A DNA stretch of 64,000 nucleotides from Flavobacteriales bacterium UBA6051 (GTDB lineage: Bacteria; Bacteroidota; Bacteroidia; Flavobacteriales_D; Crocinitomicaceae): contig DIYP01000007.1 in assembly GCA_002427735.1 (NCBI GenBank), forward strand, positions 629,049-693,048, written 5' to 3'. Shown here piece by piece: positions 16,965 to 28,784 of the stretch. The translations under genes and the position numbers were made by a program. Numbering within the stretch: the first letter of the stretch is position 1; every line of letters starts with the position of its first letter. Below the pieces are notes generated by a model that had not been told where the DNA came from, searched no databases, and saw nothing but the letters and a program-made list of their open reading frames with translations.

Positions 16965-18518
16965 CTAATGGATTCCTCCCATCTTCTTTTTAACAAATGG
17001 TGAAATGATGATTGCCATCACACCTATGCATAGTGTGATAAGTCCAATACCGGCAAAAACTGAAACGTATGAATATAATTGAAGGTATTTTTCACTACCG
17101 TTTGCAAGAGAGTCAAAATGAATACCTGTAATCTCAGGGACAATATCCTTAAATACACCTCGGGTAAAAACACTTTCTTCACCAGGCGAGACTGCCGTTA
17201 AACTGGCCACTTTTCCGGCAAAAAAATGCCCATAAAAAGATGCTAAAAACCAGACTCCCATTAAAAATGAAACAAATTTTTTCGGAGCAAGTTCTGTCAC
17301 TTTAGATAAGCCAACAGGAGATAAACACAGCTCACCTATTGTATATATAAAAACACCAACTACGAGGAAAATCATTGGTACCTGCGCTTCATCATTCACA
17401 CTATTCGATGAAAATCCAAAAATGAGAAACCCTATACCGACTAATGCCAGTCCTAAGCCCATTTTGAAAGGCGAAATTGGATTTGCCTTGATTTTAGAAA
17501 GGTAACTCCAGAGCCAACTAAAAGGTATCGCCAGAAGGATTATATACGCTGAATTTAAGCTATTGGATTGAGAGGCATTGATCCATTTAAGATCAATGTT
17601 TCTTTCAGCGAACAACGTTAAGGAGGAGCCAGCTTGTTCAAATACGATAAAAAAGATACAGGCTAATGACGTGAAATAAACAAGTACCAATAACCGTCCC
17701 CTTTCAATTGAAGTCGCTTTTCTGTAAATATAGATTAGTACGAATAGTATGGCGAAACTAACCAGCCAGATTAGATAATGTTCAAGTTCATTAAACTTTA
17801 CAATAAGTGCCATGATTGGCACTAAGACTAAAGCTCCCAGAGTAATGAGTTTTCCAAAGTTTAATGGCCCGATTTTCTTTTCGTAGAGATCTCGATTAGA
17901 AACATCGCCATTTTTACCAAATACTCCCCTATTTGATGCGTGATTGAAAACAAAAAGACCGATCAACATGCCAAACCCTGCTAATGCGAAGCCATAATGC
18001 CAACCATAAGTCATTCCCAACCAGCCGCAAAGCAATGGTGCAACCCATCCACCAATATTCACTCCCATGTAGAAGATCATAAATCCGGCATCTCTTCGAT
18101 TGTCTCCTTCGTTATACAAACTGCCAACCAGAGATGATATATTTGGCTTGAAAAATCCATTCCCAACGATCAGAAACGCAAGAGCTAAATAAAAGGTAAT
18201 TGGGTGTTCTATGGTTAAAACGAAATGTCCTACGGCCATTAAAATACCTCCCAGAATAATGGATTTCTTATAACCAAGAATTCGGTCTGCCAGCATCCCT
18301 CCTATCAGTGGAGTCAGGTAAACCAACGAGCCATAAGCTGCAAAAACTCCAAATGACATTTCATCACTGTACAATAGATAGTCTGTCATGTAGAGCATAA
18401 GCAATGCTCTCATTCCATAAAAGGAAAATCGCTCCCAAAGTTCCGCAAAGAATAAATAAAAAAGTCCTTTTGGATGTCCGAATAATGTTTTGTGTTGGGC
18501 TAAATCATTCATGTTCAA
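16965..18518 (-). CDS. Proton-dependent oligopeptide transporter (POT/PTR2 family, DtpT-like)
   Basis: 517 aa polytopic protein. GHPKGLFYLFFAELWERFSFYGMRALL and FMIFYMGVNIGG are the POT signature motifs. Confidence 0.9.
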   Translation of the reverse strand: MNMNDLAQHKTLFGHPKGLFYLFFAELWERFSFYGMRALLMLYMTDYLLYSDEMSFGVFAAYGSLVYLTPLIGGMLADRILGYKKSIILGGILMAVGHFVLTIEHPITFYLALAFLIVGNGFFKPNISSLVGSLYNEGDNRRDAGFMIFYMGVNIGGWVAPLLCGWLGMTYGWHYGFALAGFGMLIGLFVFNHASNRGVFGKNGDVSNRDLYEKKIGPLNFGKLITLGALVLVPIMALIVKFNELEHYLIWLVSFAILFVLIYIYRKATSIERGRLLVLVYFTSLACIFFIVFEQAGSSLTLFAERNIDLKWINASQSNSLNSAYIILLAIPFSWLWSYLSKIKANPISPFKMGLGLALVGIGFLIFGFSSNSVNDEAQVPMIFLVVGVFIYTIGELCLSPVGLSKVTELAPKKFVSFLMGVWFLASFYGHFFAGKVASLTAVSPGEESVFTRGVFKDIVPEITGIHFDSLANGSEKYLQLYSYVSVFAGIGLITLCIGVMAIIISPFVKKKMGGIH

Positions 18519-18576
18519 TATCAGTTTTAAATGTTAACTGAAGCAAGAACACGAATGAGGCGTTGAATTCTAATAA

Positions 18577-18622
18577 TTGTGAGTAACAATAATCACAAGT
18601 TGGTATTTGTGATCAATTGTGA
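18577..18622. promoter_or_regulatory. Cluster of four TTGTGA/TCACAA hexamers upstream of the peptide transporter gene
   Basis: TTGTGA at 18577, 18607 and 18617 (start spacings 30 and 10 bp). The inverted copy TCACAA is at 18593. The cluster lies 59-104 bp upstream of the start at 18518. Confidence 0.4.
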
Positions 18623-18656
18623 CTAGCTAAAAATCATTGATAATTAGATGATTACA

Positions 18657-19799
18657 TCAATTTTGAATGAACTCTTTGTATTTTTCATTATCCACATTAT
18701 GAATGAATTCGTTGAGTAAAGCTGTGTCTATGTCAATAAATTTTGGAATAAATCGCAATCGGTATTTGGCTTGACCGATGAAAGTAAAAAGATCATTGCG
18801 ATTCAATTTTTCATCATTCTCTAGGGCTAGAATATCATTGATGTTATCAATAATTCTCGATAAGTATGTTTGGCTAGGAATTTCTCCACCAGCATAAACT
18901 TCAATACACATATCTTTCTCTTGCGCATACTTTCTGCGAATAGCGAATTTCAGAAGATTGTTGAATTGCGTTGTTTTACTTCCAAATTCAATCTGCTGGT
19001 TTTCAATTCCTTTAGAGGGAATAGAAATGTTTACTTGGTTCCAATCCGTGAAGTGGATTTTCATCGTCACCACATTAGGTGTCTGGGCCAATTCTATCAC
19101 CCAACTTGTCCCAAGTACAAGGAATATTGAAATCAAGCCTGTTTTGGCTACAATCTTAATAAGGTCATTGTAGAAACTCAATGATTCGATATGAAAAACT
19201 TGTGGCAACTGAGATACAAAGAGCAATACAATGACGACCAATGAAACGATGGAGACCAGTTTCATTTTTCTATGTCTGAATGTTCTGAACAAAGAAATGG
19301 CAAGAAGCCAAGAAAGCAACAAGGACAATAATAAGTCTGGAATCACACTGTATCGAACGCCATAAGTACTTATTTTATCATTGAAAATAACGGCCAGAAT
19401 AAAAGACAGAATTGACAATCCGATTAGAAAGAAGATAATATTCTTCGCGTTTCTTTCATTATTGTACAGATATGAGGGAGAATGATCAAGATAGAATAAA
19501 GCGAGAATAAGAAAAAAGCTGTTGAGAATCGAAAGAATATTTTGACTGATTAGAATTATCCACTCATTATCAGCTGCTGAAAAAGTAAAATAAGTGAGTA
19601 TCGCAGATGAGCTCCAAACGAATAGAGATAGACTTAAGTAAATCAGGCCCTTATCAACACGCTTAATAGATATTTCATGCGAAAGCTGCTTTTTAAAATA
19701 GCGCTGAACCGCAGACCAAATTGCTAACAATAACAAAGCACCTATGAGCGAAATAAATGTTTCAGAAAGAAGATAAAACTCGTGTTGAAAGTTGCGCAT
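18657..19799 (-). CDS. Seven-TM membrane protein with a cytoplasmic C-terminal domain resembling an OmpR/PhoB-type winged helix (tentative)
   Basis: About 7 hydrophobic helices in residues 1-235. The roughly 140-aa tail has a pattern alignable by eye to trans_reg_C: FNNLLKFAI / SQTYLSRIIDNINDIL / LFTFIGQAKYRLRF. The CDS itself is solid; the function call is tentative. Confidence 0.6.
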   Translation of the reverse strand: MRNFQHEFYLLSETFISLIGALLLLAIWSAVQRYFKKQLSHEISIKRVDKGLIYLSLSLFVWSSSAILTYFTFSAADNEWIILISQNILSILNSFFLILALFYLDHSPSYLYNNERNAKNIIFFLIGLSILSFILAVIFNDKISTYGVRYSVIPDLLLSLLLSWLLAISLFRTFRHRKMKLVSIVSLVVIVLLFVSQLPQVFHIESLSFYNDLIKIVAKTGLISIFLVLGTSWVIELAQTPNVVTMKIHFTDWNQVNISIPSKGIENQQIEFGSKTTQFNNLLKFAIRRKYAQEKDMCIEVYAGGEIPSQTYLSRIIDNINDILALENDEKLNRNDLFTFIGQAKYRLRFIPKFIDIDTALLNEFIHNVDNEKYKEFIQN

Positions 19800-19947
19800 A
19801 GCCTCATAAAATCTTACCCTAATATCGACTTTTTTATTTCAATTGACATAAAAAGTGATTCGGAGTGTTTACGGAAAAGAAATATACAGGGAGATTTATA
19901 AACATGTATCTTTAGCTGAAATAAAATGCCACAGCGTTTTGCATATC

Positions 19948-21000
19948 ATGGACAAACATTTGAAAGCAATTACACACATATCTTTTCTGATTTTATTCCT
20001 TACCGTATTTTTTTCATCCTGGGGTCAAAAAGACAAAGTATACACATCTCTTGAAGAAGCATTGCAAACCCCTCTCAACGTTTATAAATTAGACATTGGC
20101 CTTCAAGGAATAGAACACCTTCCGGAATCGATTGGTCGACTGAAAAATCTTACCGAATTAAATTTAAGCCGCAACGAGCTAGTTGAGCTTCCCGATTCTA
20201 TTTGTGCATTGACAAATTTGACCAAGTTGGTTCTTCTATTCAATAAGCTTGAAGTTCTACCGAATTCTATCGGTAACCTTTCAAATCTGACCGATTTGTA
20301 CATGGATCAAAATCGAATTTCAGAACTTCCTAATTCTATTGGTGAACTTACTAAGTTAACTGAACTGTGCGTTAGTCATAATGCCTTAAAAACACTTCCT
20401 GAAAGCGTAGGAAACTTAAAGAATTTAACCAAGCTTCACTTGGGCTCAAATGAAATTGTTCAGCTCCCTTCTTCTCTTCATAAATTACAAGCCGTAACGC
20501 ATATTGATTTGGTCTACAATAAGCTAAATAAGTTCCCAGAAGCACTTGTTAAAATATATAGTCTGGAAAACCTTGAAATGGGAAATAATGAATTGGTAAA
20601 CGTCTCTGATTCTATTGGAAGTTTAATTCATTTAAAAAGTCTGCTGCTGGGTCATAATAGAATTACGCTGATTCCAGCTTCTATTGGGAAGCTTAAAAGT
20701 CTGGAAATGCTCAAACTTCACCAAAACAAAATTACTTCGCTTCCAGTCACCATAGGAGAACTTAAAAACTTAACGACGTTACATTTAAATTCGAATAAAC
20801 TGATGGAACTGCCTTCAACCATGGGCAAGCTTACCAACATGTCCTACCTAAACCTCAGGCAAAACCAACTCACGGAACTGCCATTGGAAATAAGGAATAT
20901 GACGAGTCTATCAAAACTTCGATTAACGTTTAACCCAATTACTGAAAATCAAAAAGTCAAGCTTAAAAAGCTTTTACCCAATTGCAAAATTGAATATTAG
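19948..21000 (+). CDS. Secreted leucine-rich repeat (LRR) protein
   Basis: The ATG at 19948 gives a signal peptide (MDKHLKAITHISFLILFLTVFFSSWGQ). About a dozen 23-residue repeats follow, of the form LxxLxxLxLxxNxLxxLPxSIGxLxx. Confidence 0.85.
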   Translation: MDKHLKAITHISFLILFLTVFFSSWGQKDKVYTSLEEALQTPLNVYKLDIGLQGIEHLPESIGRLKNLTELNLSRNELVELPDSICALTNLTKLVLLFNKLEVLPNSIGNLSNLTDLYMDQNRISELPNSIGELTKLTELCVSHNALKTLPESVGNLKNLTKLHLGSNEIVQLPSSLHKLQAVTHIDLVYNKLNKFPEALVKIYSLENLEMGNNELVNVSDSIGSLIHLKSLLLGHNRITLIPASIGKLKSLEMLKLHQNKITSLPVTIGELKNLTTLHLNSNKLMELPSTMGKLTNMSYLNLRQNQLTELPLEIRNMTSLSKLRLTFNPITENQKVKLKKLLPNCKIEY

Positions 21001-21023
21001 AACGATTTGCTGCAAACACTATT

Positions 21024-21563
21024 ATGGACATTGAAAAACTAAAATTCCCAATCGGAGAATATATTCCTGACAAAAAACCGAGTAAAGTACTACTTCAACA
21101 ATGGATAGAAGATATTGAGCGTTTTCCTGAAAGAGTTGAACAACTTGTCAAACATATTTCTTCAGAAAAACTAAGTTGGAAGTATAGACCAAATGGATGG
21201 ATGGTTAAGCAGGTAATACACCATTGTGCGGATAGTCACATGAATAGTATCATTCGGTTTAAACTTGCCATGACTGAAGATTCACCAACAATAAGACCCT
21301 ATTACGAGGATAGATGGGCCAAGTTAGATGACTCATTAACCGATGAAATAGAAGAATCCTTAATGCTTTTAAAAGGGCTCCACAGCAAATGGGTTCGACT
21401 TTTGAAAAGCTTGACAGAAGAACAACTCGAGATGGAATTTATTCACCCCGAGCATGAACTAAAATTCAACATTGCTGAAAATATAGGGAATTACGCATGG
21501 CACTGCAACCACCATCTGGCACATATAAAAAATGGGATTAACTCAATGGGGAAGTTTAATTAA
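21024..21563 (+). CDS. DinB_2/YfiT-like putative metal-dependent thiol transferase
   Basis: KFPIGEY, WKYRPNGW.VKQVIHHCADSHMNS, RPY.ED.WA and HLAHI match YfiT-type DinB proteins. Confidence 0.7.
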   Translation: MDIEKLKFPIGEYIPDKKPSKVLLQQWIEDIERFPERVEQLVKHISSEKLSWKYRPNGWMVKQVIHHCADSHMNSIIRFKLAMTEDSPTIRPYYEDRWAKLDDSLTDEIEESLMLLKGLHSKWVRLLKSLTEEQLEMEFIHPEHELKFNIAENIGNYAWHCNHHLAHIKNGINSMGKFN

Positions 21564-21670
21564 GAACGTCTTAGTTTAAATCATTTCTGACCTGGGACTC
21601 AAATTTTAATTGGATCTATTCAGGATGTGGCTATCCATTTTCGTCCCTAACTCGAATTCAATAGACAACT

Positions 21671-22039
21671 ATGTTGAAAAGTAAATTATTTCTCTGGTTA
21701 TTCTCAGTAATTGCTGGCCTTGCCTTAGGGATCTTCATTTATTCATACAGCGTATGGACAACCAACATTCCTGTTGTGTTTTCCGGCTACTGGTTTGGGA
21801 TGTCTAATTTCAATATGGTTTTTATAATTACAGGGCTCGTCCTGCTGACTTATCTCGCCTTCTTAATTGTCTTGTTGTTCAATAGGAATATCCATTCAAG
21901 ATTAAAAGTGTGGTTAGTAGTGGGAATGTTAGTTATAGCGGGATTGACCAAATTTACTTTGTCATTCAGTCAACAATTTCAAGAAACAAACAGATTAGAC
22001 ATTGAAACGGATTGGGAACAACTGAATAATGAATATTGA
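21671..22039 (+). CDS. Small membrane protein, unknown function
   Basis: 122 aa with 3-4 predicted hydrophobic helices. I recognise no motif. Confidence 0.5.
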   Translation: MLKSKLFLWLFSVIAGLALGIFIYSYSVWTTNIPVVFSGYWFGMSNFNMVFIITGLVLLTYLAFLIVLLFNRNIHSRLKVWLVVGMLVIAGLTKFTLSFSQQFQETNRLDIETDWEQLNNEY

Positions 22040-22120
22040 TCCGATCTTATTGGCGGAAAACATTCATCTAATACTCGAACTACCAATAGCCATCTTATCT
22101 TTGTGGAAAGAACCGCTTAG

Positions 22121-22636
22121 ATGATTAAGATAAAACCAGCAAAAGAACAGGAAGCGCAGTTACTCGCGTTGCTCGCGACAGTCACCTATGCTGAGTCCCA
22201 TGGGCATTTTATCGAGGACCAGGAAGACTTAAAGAATTATTTACAATCTGCGTTCTCCGTAGCCACAGTTACACAAGAACTTGCGGACGAACAAAACCTA
22301 TTCTATATTATTTATGTCGATGAACTTCCTGTTGGATATGCCAAACTTGTCCTAAATGCATTCCATGAAAACGCTTCGGTAAAAACTAGTTGTAGACTGG
22401 AGCGGATTTATGTTCTGGCAGATTACATACCACTAAAGCTGGGTCAGCAACTGCTTGATTACATGGAAGAAGAAGCAAAGAAACTAGCGCTTGAAGAAAT
22501 GTGGCTTTCGGTATACGTCAAAAACAAAAGAGCCATCCGTTTTTATGAGAAGAATAATTTCCACATCGTAGGAGAACTCATGTTTTCAGTAAACGGAAAA
22601 GATTATGACAATCATGTTCTTTCAAAAAAATTGTAA
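22121..22636 (+). CDS. GNAT-family N-acetyltransferase
   Basis: LERIYVLADY...GQQLLDYMEEEAKK and RAIRFYEKNNF are the typical acetyl-CoA-binding motif A/B region. Confidence 0.8.
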   Translation: MIKIKPAKEQEAQLLALLATVTYAESHGHFIEDQEDLKNYLQSAFSVATVTQELADEQNLFYIIYVDELPVGYAKLVLNAFHENASVKTSCRLERIYVLADYIPLKLGQQLLDYMEEEAKKLALEEMWLSVYVKNKRAIRFYEKNNFHIVGELMFSVNGKDYDNHVLSKKL

Positions 22637-22637
22637 A

Positions 22638-23090
22638 ATGAAACTAAGTAACGAAATAAAAGAAGCAATAGAGAAAAGCGTATTGTGTTGGCTGGCAACA
22701 GCGTCAAAAGAGGGCATCCCAAATGTTTCACCAAAAGAAATATTCGCTCATTACGATTCCAACAAAATCATTGTCGCAAACATCGCTTCACCGGGGACTA
22801 TCCAAAATATTTTGTCGAATAAAAATGTAGCCATAAGCTTCATCGATATTCTTGTCCAAAAAGGTTTTCAGCTCAAAGGAACAGCCCGCATTATAGAAAA
22901 AAACCACGCCGACTTTCAGGATAGAGAAAAGCCTTTGATTGCCATGACACAAGGAAAATTTCCATTCAACTCTATTACGGAAATTTCCGTAGAACAAGTA
23001 AAACCGATTATTGCTCCAAAGTACCTTCTATATCCGGAAACTACTGAGCAAGAGCAAATCGACAGTGCCAAAAAGATGTATAATCTTTAA
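22638..23090 (+). CDS. Pyridoxamine 5'-phosphate oxidase-like FMN-binding family protein
   Basis: The ATG at 22638 is 1 nt after the GNAT stop. LCWLATASKEGIPNVSPKE is a typical split-barrel FMN-binding N-terminus. Confidence 0.7.
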   Translation: MKLSNEIKEAIEKSVLCWLATASKEGIPNVSPKEIFAHYDSNKIIVANIASPGTIQNILSNKNVAISFIDILVQKGFQLKGTARIIEKNHADFQDREKPLIAMTQGKFPFNSITEISVEQVKPIIAPKYLLYPETTEQEQIDSAKKMYNL

Positions 23091-23109
23091 GATCTTTCTT
23101 CAAAACTCT

Positions 23110-25440
23110 CTACTTAGCAGCTTCTGAAAAGAACGGTAGTAGCACTTCACGTGCTGAAAATGACTTAGAAGGATCATTGGCTGGAGCAATATCTTGTTCA
23201 TCAGAACTGTAAACTTTAAAATAAAGCATAGATCCATCTATAGACTCCTTTAAATCCGGGTAGTCGATGCGAAGATTTCCAAACAGATCAGATCTTTTCG
23301 TTTTGATATCCATTTCTTTTCCCGAAAGTGGATTATACCAGCGAACATTATATTTCTTGGCAGAGCCCATATTGGGGATTTTCAGCGCATTCCCAAAACC
23401 TGAATTGGCATTAACCGGAATTGCTTTTTCATATACATCATTGAAACCACTGAGACTCCCTTCACTTAAATAACAATCGCCTTTTCCGTCACCCTTGGTG
23501 TAAAAATTGACAGTTCTATTATGTACCACTCCTATGGCTGCACGGTAATCACTCGATCCAGTACTTTTAACATAGAGCATATCCGCCTTCTTATCTCTTC
23601 GCTCCTCTACTCCAAAGGACCAATCCTCATGTAGCGGAACTCCATCGAAAAAAGCCTCCACAAATTTAAAGACCTTCCATACGGCATCTCTTTCAGCAAG
23701 CTGACGAGCATTCATCCCAATATCCACATTGTTCAATCTCCACATAAGTGCCGTACTTGCAGAACCGGTAAAAGGTGTAAGCACAAGACTCTTAAGCCAT
23801 GTCAATCCGCTATCGCAATGTGCCAAACCATATTCAGAATAAATAAGTGGTTTGTCGAATGCATATTCATTGCCTAAATAATCTGATTCGGCAGGCGGAT
23901 TATATCTAAAATTAAATGCTGCATCACGCGCGTATTTTTCAGGAGAAAGTCCGTAGTGATTGAAGGTCCATACGTCAACATCGGGTGAGTAATATGAACG
24001 ATCACCTGCTACAACTTGACAACCAGCAGTTTTATAATCGTTGTCCGGCATATTCGGTGTACCCGTATAACTTAACGCCAACATATGATTGACTTCATCC
24101 AGATCATGCTTAATGTAACCGCAGATATCATTTTGAAAATCATTTACCAACGCTGGATAATCTGGATCATCGAGATATGGATAATAGGATTTTTCATGAT
24201 TCATTACAACGCACCCACCAATGCTCGGGTCAAATTCCAAATATGCGGCATGCCCTACATTGTTCATTTCGCTAATCAATTCAAACAAATTAATTTGTGT
24301 AGAATAGCCCCAGCGAGCTACAATATAGCGCGTTCTCATCTTGTAATATTCGCGTCCCGTTGCACTATTCATAAACTCTTTTGGCGTCGCAAAACCGAAT
24401 TGATTCTTGTAACCATTACCAACATCAGAAGGTACTTGGCACTCATCAGTATACGATGATTTATCCGCCCAATCCCAATCGCGAATCGTATTAGGACTGA
24501 TCATTTCGAGCGTATTGTGCACCTGCATATTAAAATGAATCCGGAAAGGTTTTCCTGACGAAACTTCAATATCCCTTACCTTCTCCAAAATCTGATCCAC
24601 CTCCCAAGCCTGATGCATGCGATCCTGGTAGTTTCCAATCACTTCATATTCAAGGCCAATACTCAACGGATATAGCAGCATTCTGAAATAGTTGGCACCG
24701 GCGTCAGCTATATCATCAATCCACTTATGATAATCACGATATCGATCTGGAGGTAGCATGTTCGCCTGATAATTATCCATCTGCTTGCCTGGCCATGGCA
24801 GATTTTGTCCAACGGGAAAATAAGGTTCATTACCAATAGCAAAGTATCTCTTATTATCAGCTACACGAGTGAAGTCCAGGAACTCTGAGGGACGAACGTC
24901 AAATTGAAATGGGTCAAATTGAATTACCTCTCCCCCTTTGATTTTAAAAGAAAGATTACAGCGCCATTTACCCTCTAGGCGCGGTGTATATCGAATACGG
25001 AAGTTGATCGGATTGTTTTGATTCTTCCAATTATAATTAGTGCGTTCAAATTCCTCATAATAAAAGCCAAAAGCACGGAGAGGTCCAACCCATTGGTCAT
25101 TATTAAAAAAATAAAACTCGGCTGTAATGTCTAAATCTTTAGGATTAAATGGATTAATAACATCCATTCCAGCAACATTTTCAAAAAAAACATTAATACG
25201 CTGTTGAAGAGACTCAGGAATCTTTGCTCCCAGTTCCAGCTTATCATTGAGAGGAACGCTGGATAAATCCAGTTGATTCATGCTATACAACTCAAAACCA
25301 TCTTTTTCAGAAATCAGTAAATGAGCTGGTTTTATGGGAGATATTGAAGCGACAACAGTACTATTCAATGCCAACAAACATTGAATGAAAGTAATTGAGA
25401 AAACATTAAAAATTAACTTTTGGAATAAGGGTGTTCGCAT
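23110..25440 (-). CDS. Large secreted protein, putative clan GH-A (TIM-barrel) glycoside hydrolase-like
   Basis: 776 aa with a signal peptide and an N-terminal beta-sandwich-like region. FELISEMNN and PLIYSEYG resemble the acid/base and nucleophile strands of GH5-like enzymes, but with SEM in place of the NEP motif. Function is uncertain. Confidence 0.45.
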   Translation of the reverse strand: MRTPLFQKLIFNVFSITFIQCLLALNSTVVASISPIKPAHLLISEKDGFELYSMNQLDLSSVPLNDKLELGAKIPESLQQRINVFFENVAGMDVINPFNPKDLDITAEFYFFNNDQWVGPLRAFGFYYEEFERTNYNWKNQNNPINFRIRYTPRLEGKWRCNLSFKIKGGEVIQFDPFQFDVRPSEFLDFTRVADNKRYFAIGNEPYFPVGQNLPWPGKQMDNYQANMLPPDRYRDYHKWIDDIADAGANYFRMLLYPLSIGLEYEVIGNYQDRMHQAWEVDQILEKVRDIEVSSGKPFRIHFNMQVHNTLEMISPNTIRDWDWADKSSYTDECQVPSDVGNGYKNQFGFATPKEFMNSATGREYYKMRTRYIVARWGYSTQINLFELISEMNNVGHAAYLEFDPSIGGCVVMNHEKSYYPYLDDPDYPALVNDFQNDICGYIKHDLDEVNHMLALSYTGTPNMPDNDYKTAGCQVVAGDRSYYSPDVDVWTFNHYGLSPEKYARDAAFNFRYNPPAESDYLGNEYAFDKPLIYSEYGLAHCDSGLTWLKSLVLTPFTGSASTALMWRLNNVDIGMNARQLAERDAVWKVFKFVEAFFDGVPLHEDWSFGVEERRDKKADMLYVKSTGSSDYRAAIGVVHNRTVNFYTKGDGKGDCYLSEGSLSGFNDVYEKAIPVNANSGFGNALKIPNMGSAKKYNVRWYNPLSGKEMDIKTKRSDLFGNLRIDYPDLKESIDGSMLYFKVYSSDEQDIAPANDPSKSFSAREVLLPFFSEAAK

Positions 25441-25535
25441 ACCCGAAAGATAAAACTAATCCCTAAAAGTCCTGCTTATTGATAAGCAATTTTAGCCTTT
25501 AATATAGAAGTATTGATTATCTACATTTCAAGAAA

Positions 25536-26147
25536 TCAATCTTCTTCGACTTCAACAGATCTGGATGGATAAAGAATAATCACCTGCACACCAATAGCGA
25601 TGATAATCAAAAAGTACATCTCGATTTGTGAAAATAAATTCGAAGAGTCTAATGCATCTCTACTCGACAATTTTTGTCTTTTACCTTCTTCCATTTGAAT
25701 TTCTGCAAGCGCGGCTATATCGCTCTTAACAGCACCTAATTTGGCACGAAGCTCTGTTTTATCCACTGCAAATATGAGCGAATCCACAGCTTCCATTTTA
25801 AATAAGTCAGACATATTATCACTTAAATCAGTAATGATTCTTTCAGAGTTCACATCAACTCCTTCATGCATGCACTGGTCAACTAACTCTTTGATTCGGG
25901 CGTTAGCCGACTCCGCCTTGTTTCGAAAGTAATTGGTATCACCGAGGATAACTGCTAACTCTTTCTCATGAACTCTGTTTGATAGTTCCAGAATAGCATC
26001 TTTCGTGACCAGTTGCTCCTGATAGATCTTCTCTACGGACTCCTCAATTCGAATAAAGTTGTTTTTATCAATCAAATTGGTTGCTAGAATTAATAGAAAT
26101 ACAAATACTACCGCTACTCCCCACTTTATTTTGTTCACTAACGTCAT
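25536..26147 (-). CDS. Membrane-anchored four-helix-bundle (4HB_MCP-like) protein
   Basis: 203 aa. It has an N-terminal TM helix, a helical region resembling chemoreceptor-type four-helix-bundle sensor domains, and a second TM helix near the C-terminus. Confidence 0.45.
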   Translation of the reverse strand: MTLVNKIKWGVAVVFVFLLILATNLIDKNNFIRIEESVEKIYQEQLVTKDAILELSNRVHEKELAVILGDTNYFRNKAESANARIKELVDQCMHEGVDVNSERIITDLSDNMSDLFKMEAVDSLIFAVDKTELRAKLGAVKSDIAALAEIQMEEGKRQKLSSRDALDSSNLFSQIEMYFLIIIAIGVQVIILYPSRSVEVEED

Positions 26148-26350
26148 CTTCCAGTTTTATCATTAACTAATGCAAATCAAGAAATAATATCTTATATATT
26201 TTTATTTATACATATTATGCTATGCATAACGGCTGATTATAGCTACATACAGTTGAGTTAAACTATCCATACTGCGGATGTCTCCTGTGATGTGCCATAG
26301 TCAATATGTGTATTCACCCCGTCGAACTTTTTTATAGTAATTATAATTAA

Positions 26351-26379
26351 AATCTATTAAAATATAGAATTAATAGATT
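26351..26379. promoter_or_regulatory. Perfect 10-bp inverted repeat (AATCTATTAA-N9-TTAATAGATT), candidate operator upstream of katG
   Basis: The arms are at 26351-26360 and 26370-26379, 74 bp upstream of the katG ATG. They lie in a 305-bp AT-rich divergent intergenic region. Confidence 0.35.
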
Positions 26380-26422
26380 AAAGCTATTTACCTACTTCAA
26401 TAATTTAGCTCCAGATATATGA

Positions 26423-28759
<2,337 letters not shown>

Positions 28760-28784
28760 TACGTGTATTAGTTGTGTGAAAGTG

